Shown here: positions 1-9,740 of the stretch, piece by piece
Layout of the letters: each line of letters begins with the position of its first letter
Position numbering within the stretch: the first letter of the stretch is position 1
The notes under the pieces: generated by a model
Told to the model about the DNA's origin: nothing
What the model saw: the letters and a program-made list of their open reading frames with translations, nothing else
Database searches by the model: none
From: Catajapyx aquilonaris
Taxonomy: Eukaryota
NCBI GenBank assembly: GCA_000934665.2
Contig: JYFJ02001225.1
Coordinates: forward strand, 62,001 to 86,583
Reading direction: 5' to 3'
DNA length: 24,583 bases
Made by a program: the position numbers and the translations under genes

Positions 1-80
1 AATCGCACTTGCTAGCACTTTTAAATTTACTAATCGAGGATGACTAAAGGATTTAATCGGGCGCGTTTACGTTAAGCAAC

Positions 81-100
81 CTCTATGAATTCGGCCCTAA
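81..100. mobile_element. Right terminus of a PIF/Harbinger-type MITE (left part outside the window)
   Basis: ctctatgaattcggccc is followed by TAA (98-100). Its reverse complement GGGCCGAATTCAT resembles Harbinger-type TIR starts and other MITE ends in this window. No partner TIR is visible. Confidence 0.35.
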
Positions 101-1135
101 TTGCTTTGTTATGCGGCTATACGTATGTTGTCCTTTTTGCAAGTCGCTGTTCAGACTTCCTAAAACAGGAAAAGGTTCCAGTTTTTCTCACCTCAAAATC
201 GGGGCTGTGTAATGGGTGTGTCTACTTCGCCTCATTGCTTTACTTGTTAAGAAGCAACTCCTAAAGTCAACAGCTTCGCCTATATAACCCAAGCGAAAAT
301 AAACCGCTGGAAATGGGTTCAGTTTATTAGTGTGGCCTTTTGATCAAATGCATTTTTGGCCGCCCGAAAAATTTCGGCGCGTCATTTATATAGAAGGCCC
401 ACGTATCGTGGCTTGCCTCCCACGACAAGTGTGCCCCACAGAACTCCTTTTCGCCCGAAGGTTACGTCATCGTTGCCGGGTAACCACCGTCGAGGTAACC
501 CAGTCACATCCGCGCACCCCACACGTGGCAACACCGCCCTGCAGGCAGCTTTTGGTATATACGAGAGGGGAAGGGTCATTGACGCATTATTGATTTATGG
601 ACGGATAGTCGGCCGGCTCTGTGTGTGTATGTTAGGTGTGTGCGCGCACACTCGAGTACATGGTGGTGGGGGGTGGGAGGTGAGTGAAGTACCGGTTGAT
701 GGGACACATCGCGTCGAGATATCAAGGCATCGATTCCGGACACTATCGATAGATCAAATCAGCCAAAACAATAAACTGGCTACCACCATTGCGGATACGC
801 TCATGTAATAGCTTGGGTTATTATACAGTAACTGGCGTCCGTCCATCGTGATATCAGTTGGATATCGGCTGCGTAGGAGTGACATACCGACCAATAACAT
901 CACCGTCTCGAGAGACTCAGACGTGCAACTTATGTATTCAGATTTTTACAAAAACAGTTCGGGATTACGTCAGCATCGATCATTACTCAAGTCACAATAA
1001 CTCTGCCGATATGAGCTAAATTATGTAACACATGGTATGCTCTATGCACATGTGCTCGATTTATTCGATAAGGTGACTAATATTACTTCAATGTCACAAA
1101 CGTACTGGCATGCACATGCATCGTGTCCTATTTAC

Positions 1136-1244
1136 CTGAGGTGCTCCAAGTGGCATCCCTCCACATTTGGTCGCTCAGATGGAGAATCCCTTTGTCGTCC
1201 TTCTGCTCTTCCACACCCCACAGCTTCTTGGCCGAGGGGGCAAT
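1136..1244 (-). CDS. pum: Pumilio internal coding exon (109 nt, phase 0 to 1): IAPSAKKLWGVEEQKDDKGILHLSDQMWRDATWSTS
   Basis: Minus-strand acceptor atttgtttttcAG and donor cag/GTaaat. The translation matches the conserved N-terminal Pumilio block (human PUM1 ...GKKFWE...KGIFLGDQWRDSAWGTS|DHSVSQPI, recalled). The phase-1 end fits a following D/E-H-x-V-S-Q-P-I exon outside the window. Confidence 0.93.
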
Positions 1245-2347
1245 CTGAAAAACAAATCGCAGGAAATTGCGTCACATTGGTGTATACCCAACAAACAAAA
1301 AAACCACAAGTACATAATTTCTCATTTGTAGTAACGGAATCACAATGGCAGCAATTTCATTCAGCAAAGTTCCATTCCCATTCCTGTATTGGTGGGTAGG
1401 TAACAGTGCGGCTGTGGCAATAAAGCTAATCAAGTGTTCCCAATAAATCAGTGGCACCAATATCGGCTGATTTGGATCACGTGGCGACAACCTGCGGGCA
1501 CGGGCTATGCACCACCCTTGGATATGCCAATATATTGATATCGCTATTTAAACAAACTGATTATTATTAATTTAGGCGCAGTAAATGCAGGGTGCTGCAT
1601 TCTTTTCGGCGCAGTGACTCTTGATGCAAGTTGGAATACGCAATTTATCGCACACGTACCGGCGGCTTACATAAACGCACTTCCTGCTGGCACCGTGCAT
1701 AACCTCACATGCTTCCTTTTACATTTCACATGCCGAATCGCGCGCATGAAGAAATCTTCCCAGGTTGCCTGAGGTAACCTCCGACCCGACACGAAAATGG
1801 GGTTTATTCAGAACTTGCGAATTCACCTTCCGGGATTATTTCTCAAACATTACCCGATGATCGTATTCACGATTTATAACTTCTAATTTATCATTAGCCA
1901 GAAAGTGCAAAAAGTGTGTAGTACATCATAATACTGTGTTAAATTCTTCGATTCCATTTTTTTTTTTTGTGAGATTGCGTGACCTCGAATAAAATTATGT
2001 ATATTTTATTGAGGTTGTACATCTTGTAAATGTTGACATTTACCATGGAACATTCTGGCAACGTCCGCTGTTTTCGCTGAAATTTCTAATTTAATGCAGC
2101 ACTAAAAACGCAAAGGAAGTGTCCAATTTGTACCTCCCTGCCCCAGCAATACGTACTTCGCTTACCATTAATGTATCAAAGGGGGTAATGGCCAAACATC
2201 ACTGGCCCGCATCTACATACAACATCGAGCCATCTGCCCTTTTTTATTATAATTTCCTAAGAAAAAAGTGGATCATCGACATATCTCAGTGTGATGTACC
2301 TATACAGATCTGACAAAAAGGTCAAATTTTTCGTACTTCATCAGATA

Positions 2348-2512
2348 CATTGTAGGCCACAAAACATTACATGTGCATCACGATTGAGTCTACCATGGAG
2401 CATCAATTGTTAATGCGGTTTTTGTTGCTAAAAAGGATCACGAGAACATTAAAAATTGATGCTCCATGGGACTCGCTAGTGATGCTCTTTTAATGTTTTG
2501 TGGTTTGCAGTG
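2348..2512. mobile_element. Palindromic non-autonomous element (MITE-like), ~65-bp imperfect arms
   Basis: 2351-2415 (tgtaggccacaaaacatta...ccatggagcatcaattgttaatg) is an imperfect inverse of 2447-2509. The termini CATTG/CAGTG suggest CACTG ends (CACTA/EnSpm-like; inference). TSD is unclear. Confidence 0.6.
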
Positions 2513-5500
2513 AAGGCTACTTCATCGGCGGCCTTTTAGCAACAAGGTCGCAATACCCCCATTTGCAACGTCTGCAGTAGCATACGTGCGATTCACCACA
2601 TTTACCCTACACACTGGCCAAAAAAATTTCAACCAGCGTCCCAATTTCAACATGCGTAACAATCGGGTCAAGATGCGAGCACACACATTGCAAGAAAGCT
2701 ACGCCCCTCTGCTCCTCCCCCCGCCCCATTTGTATTTATTATTAGAGGCCAACCACGTCCCATTTAACTTTCACTTACTCCCCAAACCTGAACGTATATA
2801 AGCTCTCATTGTGTGTACGCACACAATCTGCATTTATTTCCAGCCCTGTCTTTTTGGTGAGTGCCTCTCCCGTCTCCCTTTCTCTCTCTCTGGCTCTCCC
2901 AACCCTCCGCCCCCGCCTTCCCCCACTCTAACTACCCTCAAAGCCAGCCAGCCGAGGTCAACAATCCGCCAAGTCAAGATCAAGGTCGACCAGCTTCCCA
3001 CAGCTTAAGAAGCTCCACTCTTTTTTACCATTATTTTTAGAAAACTTTTTTGTTTTCCCTCTCCGCCTCCCGCATGCAGTTTTTGTCTATAGGGCTGACT
3101 TCTGATAACCCACTTTCCTTTAAAATAGTGGGTTGCAATCGTGTGGGTGGGAGGGGGGGGGGTGTTGATAGTGCAGCCGTCTGAATTATGCGTTGATACA
3201 TTTTCGCCTCGAAAAAAAAGGAGATTCTGCGCATTGAACAGCACGATTGCATCAACAGGTCTGCTTATGGTTAAACATGTGCCTGTTAAGGGATGCTTAA
3301 CCTATAAGCACACCTTACACCTTTGTTGGTGCAATATGGCCCGCAATAAATAGCCACTTGGGCAAGGATGAGTCAACTTATGTAAGATATATTAAGCAGT
3401 TACAGAATAGTGTTCAGGCCTTAGCAGATGTCTGTTACAGTCTATACGAATCAGCCGTCACTTATGAATACTTGTATTTCTTTGCAATGACTTGACTGAA
3501 TTATTTTTTGTAGCATCACATCATGTTAATTTTTTTTAAAGTAAGTACACCAATATGTGTGCACAGATGTTACTGCCCCATGGTGAGGTCAAGGCTAGTT
3601 AATGTATATCTATAAATTTAATTTTTAAAAAACCGTCTAAAAGGCATCCTGTCCTTCCAAAGATTAGGTCATTGAATAATGTCAGTACAGTACTGTACTC
3701 TGATAATGTTAATACTTCATTTTAGATATCGTCATATTATAAGCACACTGAATTTGTGGGGAAAAAATCGAATACAACTGTTGCCAATATATATTTTTTA
3801 AATATATTTCTAACAAAATATCTACGTCATTGCCGAATTCTACAGTGGCAGTTGCTGTGAAGTGGACACTAACTTGTATTTCTTATGGAAAAGTGGCCAT
3901 GATAACATTGGGCCGATTCGACTTCCATGCCTTGAGCCTACCCTTTCAACCTAGGTCATCTATTGACACATTCGCCTTTAATGGAGCCACGTTCAAACTG
4001 AGATTATGCAGCTTTTTGTGCAGCAGCCTGGAGCTTCTTCGAACATGACTGAAATCTATTTTAAAAGTCGATGCACTGCAACTTATCTGAATGACAGTGG
4101 GCCGATAGTAAGGATAGGATCTGCACTTCTTATGACAGTTATTGGAACAACTGTGTAGATATTAGTGGATTTATTGGGAATTTATAACTCGGCGCAATCT
4201 TTTTAAAAAATGGTACTGGAGGTAATTTCATAGGCCTTCGCGGCATTGTTGAAAACATGACGTGTACAGCAAAGTTCGAGAAATCCAAGGAGGCCCTTAA
4301 TCCTGTGCAATGCAAAACAACTCGGTGCGTCACCCAATGACGCAACAGCCTGGGTATCTAATCAATCTGCCTTACACAAATACTCCCAAATGCCCAGGCT
4401 GTCCATCTCCCTTGCAAAAGTGAGGCGGAAGAGGAGGTAGATTAGTAATTGTGCCCACCACGATATTAGATAGTGCAATTATTATTCAACCGTAAGTTTT
4501 TCATTACAAAAAAAAAAAACGCTGACAATTTACACGCCATGCAATATTACTGCCTCCAGCAAACTTTCCGTCCCCTGAAGCACCTCGCGTTTTGCAACAA
4601 CCCTGCACAGCATCCAGTATAGGTGTTCCCCAACCCCCTGCATCATATTTTTCTCATGCGTTGCAGAATGCACATTCACGCACAGCCAACCACACTGTCG
4701 AATACACCGTGCCCAGATTGTGCATGCGATTGGAAATAATATCACCCCCCCCCCCCCAATAGCGCGCACCCATTTACCTCGGTGCATCAACGTAGCCAGA
4801 ATATTTGCAGGGGCAGCAGAGGATGGGGGAGATTTTTTTCCCCCATACTGATTCTGACAAAGGTCGGTTCAAACTGCGAGGGGGCTGAGTTGCAGAACCA
4901 GTTGGTGCAGCAGGAAGATGCAGGGATGCGGTTTTTTTTCGGGGTTGGTGGGAGGAGAGTACTATATAAAAAAAACCAACGTGGATATAGGAGGGGGGGA
5001 AAGAGATGGGGTGGAAATCTGGGCATGGTCCAACCGGTTTTTTGGCTTCTTCCAGACGGTTGTTCGAGATTTACTATTGGGCACCTTTTCTCTGCGATTT
5101 TCAGTGTGCTCTGGTGCTCGCTTCTTTATGTGGCTTATTTCCTCTGGAGGTTTCAAATGCGAAGATAGTGGACCTTCAGCTGAAGTGATAACATGGGGGC
5201 ACCCCTGATGCTCAGTAAATAAGCCAATGAAGAGCTACATACAAGGAATCACTATATCGCCTAATGTGAAGAAGAGGGCGTGGCAATGTTACCACTCGAG
5301 GAGGAGGAGGATCTTCAACTATATAGTTGGACAAGTACGACAATTCCCTGGACAAGTGATTGGGTGGACTTTATTGACAGGTACCAACTAAACCCATGAG
5401 TGAATCCTCGACACTTTCAGAACACTGCTCCAGTGATTTAGAACCCCTCCCAACTGGCTGGCTATTTCCAGTGTACTTACGAGGATTGAAATTGGCGTGA

Positions 5501-5610
5501 CGTACAGTGGCATGTGGGACATGACACGAAAAATCTGTTACTGGCCTACTCACTTCTCCGACTCCTGGAATTCAAGCCATATTTTAAATGTTATTTTAAA
5601 TCCATTTAAA

Positions 5611-5735
5611 TAGGCTCCATACGGGAGTGACGTCATCTTGTGGGGGAGTAGGTTTTCGTGACGGTGCATGACACAAGACGGCAGTGGAGAGGTCAGAAAC
5701 GCCCGAATCGGCGTGACGTCCTTCACGGATGGACG
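5611..5735. mobile_element. Degenerate MITE with ~20-bp terminal inverted repeats
   Basis: tccatacgggagtgacgtca (5616-5635) matches the reverse complement of 5714-5733 (tccatccgtgaaggacgtca) at 16/20 positions. Confidence 0.4.
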
Positions 5736-6049
5736 AGTTTATTAAGCTCAGTTTAGGTGCTAACTATCCAAGCATGCACCCCATCTCGTCCGCCTTGGAC
5801 ATCATATCCTTTTCGCACGCAGCATTTTCCCACGCCCGGCCATTGCTAGCAGCAATTAAAAATTGTCCCTAACCGACGTTGAGCTTCACAAAGCGAAGAA
5901 GGGTCAAGTCGAGCTCCAAAAATCACTTATTCCAAATATGTTGCCTAATTTCTATAATATCAAACCTGACAAACTGTTCAATGAAATACTTGTGTGGAAT
6001 TGATGTGTTCAAGGCGAATTTTATACGACAAAACACACATGAAAATAAT

Positions 6050-6147
6050 CGCCGGAATAGCTCTTGGGGTCACGGAAGAAACACAAGCCCCCTTGTCGTC
6101 GTGGTAGGGCTTGCGTTTCTCCCGCGACCCCAAGAGCTATGCCGGCG
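6050..6147. repeat. 41-bp inverted repeat with 16-nt loop
   Basis: 6050-6090 cgccggaatagctcttggggtcacggaagaaacacaagccc matches the reverse complement of 6107-6147 (cgccggcatagctcttggggtcgcgggagaaacgcaagccc) at 37/41 positions. Confidence 0.95.
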
Positions 6148-6180
6148 GTAGCTTCGTCTACTGCCAAGGGCCACCCAAGG
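6091..6180 (+). mobile_element. RTE-clade (BovB-like) non-LTR retrotransposon 5'-UTR motif, isolated fragment
   Basis: CCTTGTCGT..GG..GGGCTTGCGT...GAGCTATGCCGGCGGTAGC...CTACTG..AGGGCCACCCAAG follows, in order, the conserved blocks of the RTE/BovB 5' end as I recall them (CCTTGTCGTGG..GGGCTTGCGT..GAGCTATGCCG..AGGGCCACCCAAG). No RTE ORF follows. Confidence 0.7.
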
Positions 6181-6289
6181 CCTTTGGGATAGGAGACAGT
6201 ATTTCCTGTTCATTTTCCTCTTCGTTTCTGTCTACATGTCACACCTTTTTGTCTTCTAATAGTTGATTTGGCCCTTAGCAATATTCCTT

Positions 6290-6375
6290 GGGCGCCACTG
6301 CGTGGTGAGTAAACGCAGATTCACGCATGATTAATCACTTGTTCTTGATTTACTATTGATCATGAAACAGGCCCC
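6290..6375. mobile_element. Degenerate Harbinger-type palindromic MITE remnant
   Basis: The right end atgaaacaggcccc (rc GGGGCCTGTTTCAT) is a Harbinger-type TIR. There is weak internal symmetry around tgattaatca (agtaaa...tttact). The left TIR is eroded. Confidence 0.3.
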
Positions 6376-7703
6376 TCTAATGAACAAGCTCCCGTTTGAA
6401 TCCAGATTTCGTCACAAACAGGTGTCACTGCATGATGCTAAACACCGCATATGAATCTGGCGGCTGCATCACGCGATATTAAACCTCTCTTGAATTCCAA
6501 CATGCGCTTTGTTTTACTGCGATACTTTTTTTTCTCTCTCTCTCTCCCTCCCTGCCCATGAGACTTGCTCAACTTGCGACATAGTTCCCCCCGCCCTCTC
6601 CACCACCCCCTCCCTCGTCGGATAGTCCCTAAACGAGCAATCGCCGTCCTTTTCAGCGTGTAGCCGGCTCGTCGACGTCAAGAGACCGCAGTGCGCTGTG
6701 AACTTTTCGATCATCTAATGTAGCTTCAACTCACCGGATCCGCTTTGGCCACCCCCGGAACGGTACGGGGCGTGGAGTTGCGCCCGGATCAATGCGAATT
6801 CCGGGATCTCCCCTCAGCCACGTGTATCCCCCGCCCGTCCGCCCCCCCCCCCCAACCCCACCCCAAAAAGTCGGCAACCCAGGGCTAATGGCACCGGGGG
6901 AAAATACAACGCTGCCATATGTACCACATAAAACCCAGCCATGAAATCGGGAGCAAAAAAAAAGTAAATGCAAAAAATAATACATAAAGCGGAGCCACCT
7001 TTTTTCCTCCCCCTCCCGGGTTCCCTTTGTTTCGTCCGGAAATGACGTCATTCTCCGTGCTAATTCGACGGCAACCCCTCAGGTGGGGGTCAAGGTGTGG
7101 GGCTCTGCTAGCTGCTAATAAGGGTGCATTTCTAAACCCCCCTCTCTACACTCCCACCATATCCAAAAAAACCTGAGCCTTGGTTCCGAGCGTGCTAAGT
7201 CACCGTTGAGTCAGACTTGTCTGCATAAAAGTCAAGGGCAGGTGATTGATTGGCCGATTGGGGGAGGGATCGATTAGGACGGTGAAAAGGGGTGGAGGGG
7301 GATCCAAACATATCAATTTGGCAACAGAGGTCGACGGCTATGAACACGCACGACGCATTGTTGGCGTATCATTGATCCGGATAGGTTCACACGTCGATTA
7401 CGAGTCACCGGTTCAAATTGAAGTTAATAACCGCAATTTTCTTGGACCGCCGGTGTATAATAATGGCAAGGTTAGCAATCATACTTTTCATTAGTTCAAC
7501 ACGTGCGCCAGAATACGCCTGAAGTGCAATTATTGCGCACCTGGTATTTACACGGTCAGCAACGTACACACCCTTGAAAACTCATACGACGCGCATCAAT
7601 ATAATCAGGAATTACTCAGACGTTCATGCCATAAACTTGGATGTCGATACATTCGGGGAAATGGGGGGGGNCCCCCCTTGCTAATGGCATTCATTGGTTA
7701 TGA

Positions 7704-8282
7704 GAGGTTTCGGCCTCCCCGAAGTTAGCCACTCCCTTATGTAACATCGATGAATACAAGGGAACAAGTACAGCACAACAGGCAGGTCGTAAACAACTTG
7801 TGGGCAATTTTAACCACTTGAAATGGCAAGACGGCCAATCAGCAATTACGCAAAGGGGAAAAAATAATAATAAGTTCATAACTGAAACGCACAGTGACTG
7901 CATTGTTTCACCGTTAAGATCTGAGTCATATCAGCAGCAATATATAGCCTGCCAGGTTAACAACTTTCGCACATGCGATAATTTCAATGATTGCGACTCC
8001 GAACTTGATGAGTCATCTGAAAACATCAGTCCTACTTGCACCTGCCCTGTCTCTAAAAGTGAAATGACGTCATCCAAGTCAAAGCAACAAAAATTCCATG
8101 CAACCAGGAGGCATCTGGAAGAACCCAAAAAAGGCATCCATCCCACTTTCTCGATCAAAAATCCTGTAATAGCAGGCCTCACTGGGAGTTCAGAGAGAAG
8201 CAACGCACAAAGGATCCCTTCCAGGATCAACGTTGTCACTATTGTACTAACTTATTTCTTACTGTCGGATTTACGAGTATAG
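7704..8282 (+). CDS. Probable terminal coding exon of an unknown Cys-containing extracellular, possibly GPI-anchored protein
   Basis: The frame is open from 7704 (after TGA at 7701-7703) to the stop at 8280-8282, giving 192 codons in AT-rich DNA. It has a Cys cluster (CQVNNFRTCDNFNDCDSELDE, LDLa-like CDxxxDCxxxxDE spacing), a Ser/Thr/Lys-rich stalk, small residues GSS/SNA, then hydrophobic INVVTIVLTYFLL just before the stop. The 5' splice boundary was not identified. Confidence 0.45.
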   Translation, partial: EVSASPKLATPLCNIDEYKGTSTAQQAGRKQLVGNFNHLKWQDGQSAITQRGKNNNKFITETHSDCIVSPLRSESYQQQYIACQVNNFRTCDNFNDCDSELDESSENISPTCTCPVSKSEMTSSKSKQQKFHATRRHLEEPKKGIHPTFSIKNPVIAGLTGSSERSNAQRIPSRINVVTIVLTYFLLSDLRV

Positions 8283-9549
8283 TAAAAATGAGGGTTTGGA
8301 ATCCGTCAATATTCAACTTTTCAACCTCCAAATGGCCACAAAAGGAAATTGGAAGGTGCTGGAATATTTCATTTACAGCAGCAGATTGTGGCCTTTTTTT
8401 GCGTCACCTATTATTTGCTAAAACTGTATTTAATATAACGAGGCTAATCTGGTTGCACCAATTGGCAACACTTCAACTGGAGTGTTACGATGGACCAACA
8501 TGGCTGTGCTAACACAAATTTAATTGAACACAAGTTTCAGTCAATTATAAGCTACTCAAAATGGTCTTAGCTGCAAAAAAATCTGAGACCTCTTGGCGCC
8601 ATTTTAGGGTGGAAATTTGCAAATTCGTAAAACCCTGATTTTCGCATCTCATAAACCCGAGTCTCACTTTCGCAAATCTGGCAATTAGGCAAATGCACGT
8701 GGACGTATGATGTCCACCACAATTTTCAAAATGTATACTACTCTTTTTTTTTCAACCCAGACCTTATCAACCCCACAAAAGCGCACCCTATATTTTTATA
8801 GAAGCCAACCTATTAAAAGGCATTCAGAGGCGACGCAGATTCATTTAACACGTTGTTCAGTCACTTCAATGCGAAAGTTAATAATAGAACAGGAGGCTGT
8901 AAAACAGCATGGAACGGCCAATTACAGTAATAGCAATAATATGCCGCTGAATTGCTCTGCCATAAATAATTTCGCATCGCCTGCAAAATGCTCGCGATAA
9001 ACTCGACTTCAAACAAAAACTTCGCCATCGCGCAAGCTTATTTTATTACACTCGTTGATCCTCCAGCACCTATGAATCTCTTTCGATGAAATCTATTCCT
9101 GAGTCGCACTTGGCCAGAATTTCCATAATTATACGTGACGCGGTTTGATAGATAAGGTGGTCCATGTTACATAACTGTCATCCAGTCCAATATCCCCCCG
9201 GTGCAAAACACAGCGTTTCAACAAAAACACTTTCCGTTCTTTGTAGCAAAATCATACCATGAAATTACCTTTTCGCTCCCTATATTTATCCACAAAAATT
9301 GGTTGATATAATAAATCCCCTCACTCTCCTACCAACTGTGCCATAATGAAAGTGTTCAAGTGACCTCTCTTTCCGATTATTATAAATGGGGGAAAAAAAC
9401 GTGGTGAAAATGTGCCCAATATGTGCACACCTCTTTTGGAAGATACTATAATGTAGCTTTGGCGTGATCCCATTGTTATTTTGTGCCACATTTTTAATGA
9501 GAGCCAAAATTAACTCCTAATTGGGCCAGAATTCACTGCTCAACGGAGG

Positions 9550-9740
9550 AGCCCTGACGAGGACATCATTATGGTCAAATATGAAGGGGTAGAGGGGAAC
9601 CTGCTGCCAATTTCAACAGTAAGCAATGATCTCATCTACAACTGCTGGCTCTTACAAATCAATCAAGATTTGGCATTACTCTGATCCAATTAAAATCTCG
9701 AGATAAAATTAGAATGCTCACATCCGACTTATTCCCCCAC
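9550..9740 (-). mobile_element. Highly decayed LINE APE-endonuclease fragment (CR1/Rex1-like)
   Basis: The minus strand reads ILILSRDFN (9715-9689, one substitution from SGDFN), then VMPNLD*FV and *DHC (9631-9623). After a +1 frameshift it reads YC*N ... FDHNDVLV (DHN at 9576-9568). Motif order and spacing fit the APE C-terminal GDFN / LDHCY-N / SDH motifs. Stops and the frameshift show decay. Confidence 0.45.

Noticed and set aside
3947..4056. Minus-strand HVRRSSRLLHKKLHNLSLN as the missing linker exon
   Set aside because: The resemblance to VRSMDELNHDFQALAL is faint, the acceptor phases do not fit phase 0, and there is no good donor before the stop.
5396..5500. EPLPTGW as the start of a WW domain
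   Set aside because: The downstream aromatic pair and second Trp-x-x-Pro are absent, and a stop follows shortly.
5481..5534. 54-nt phase 0-0 minus-strand exon candidate (IFRVMSHMPLYVTPISIL) with GTAAGT donor
   Set aside because: The acceptor lacks a pyrimidine tract and there is no homology.
9540..9600. VPLYPFIFDHNDVLVRAPPL resembling phenylalanyl-tRNA synthetase beta B3/4 (PLYPVIYDSNGVVLSMPP)
   Set aside because: It is closely bounded by stops, has no donor site and no flanking similarity. The decayed LINE endonuclease reading explains more motifs.
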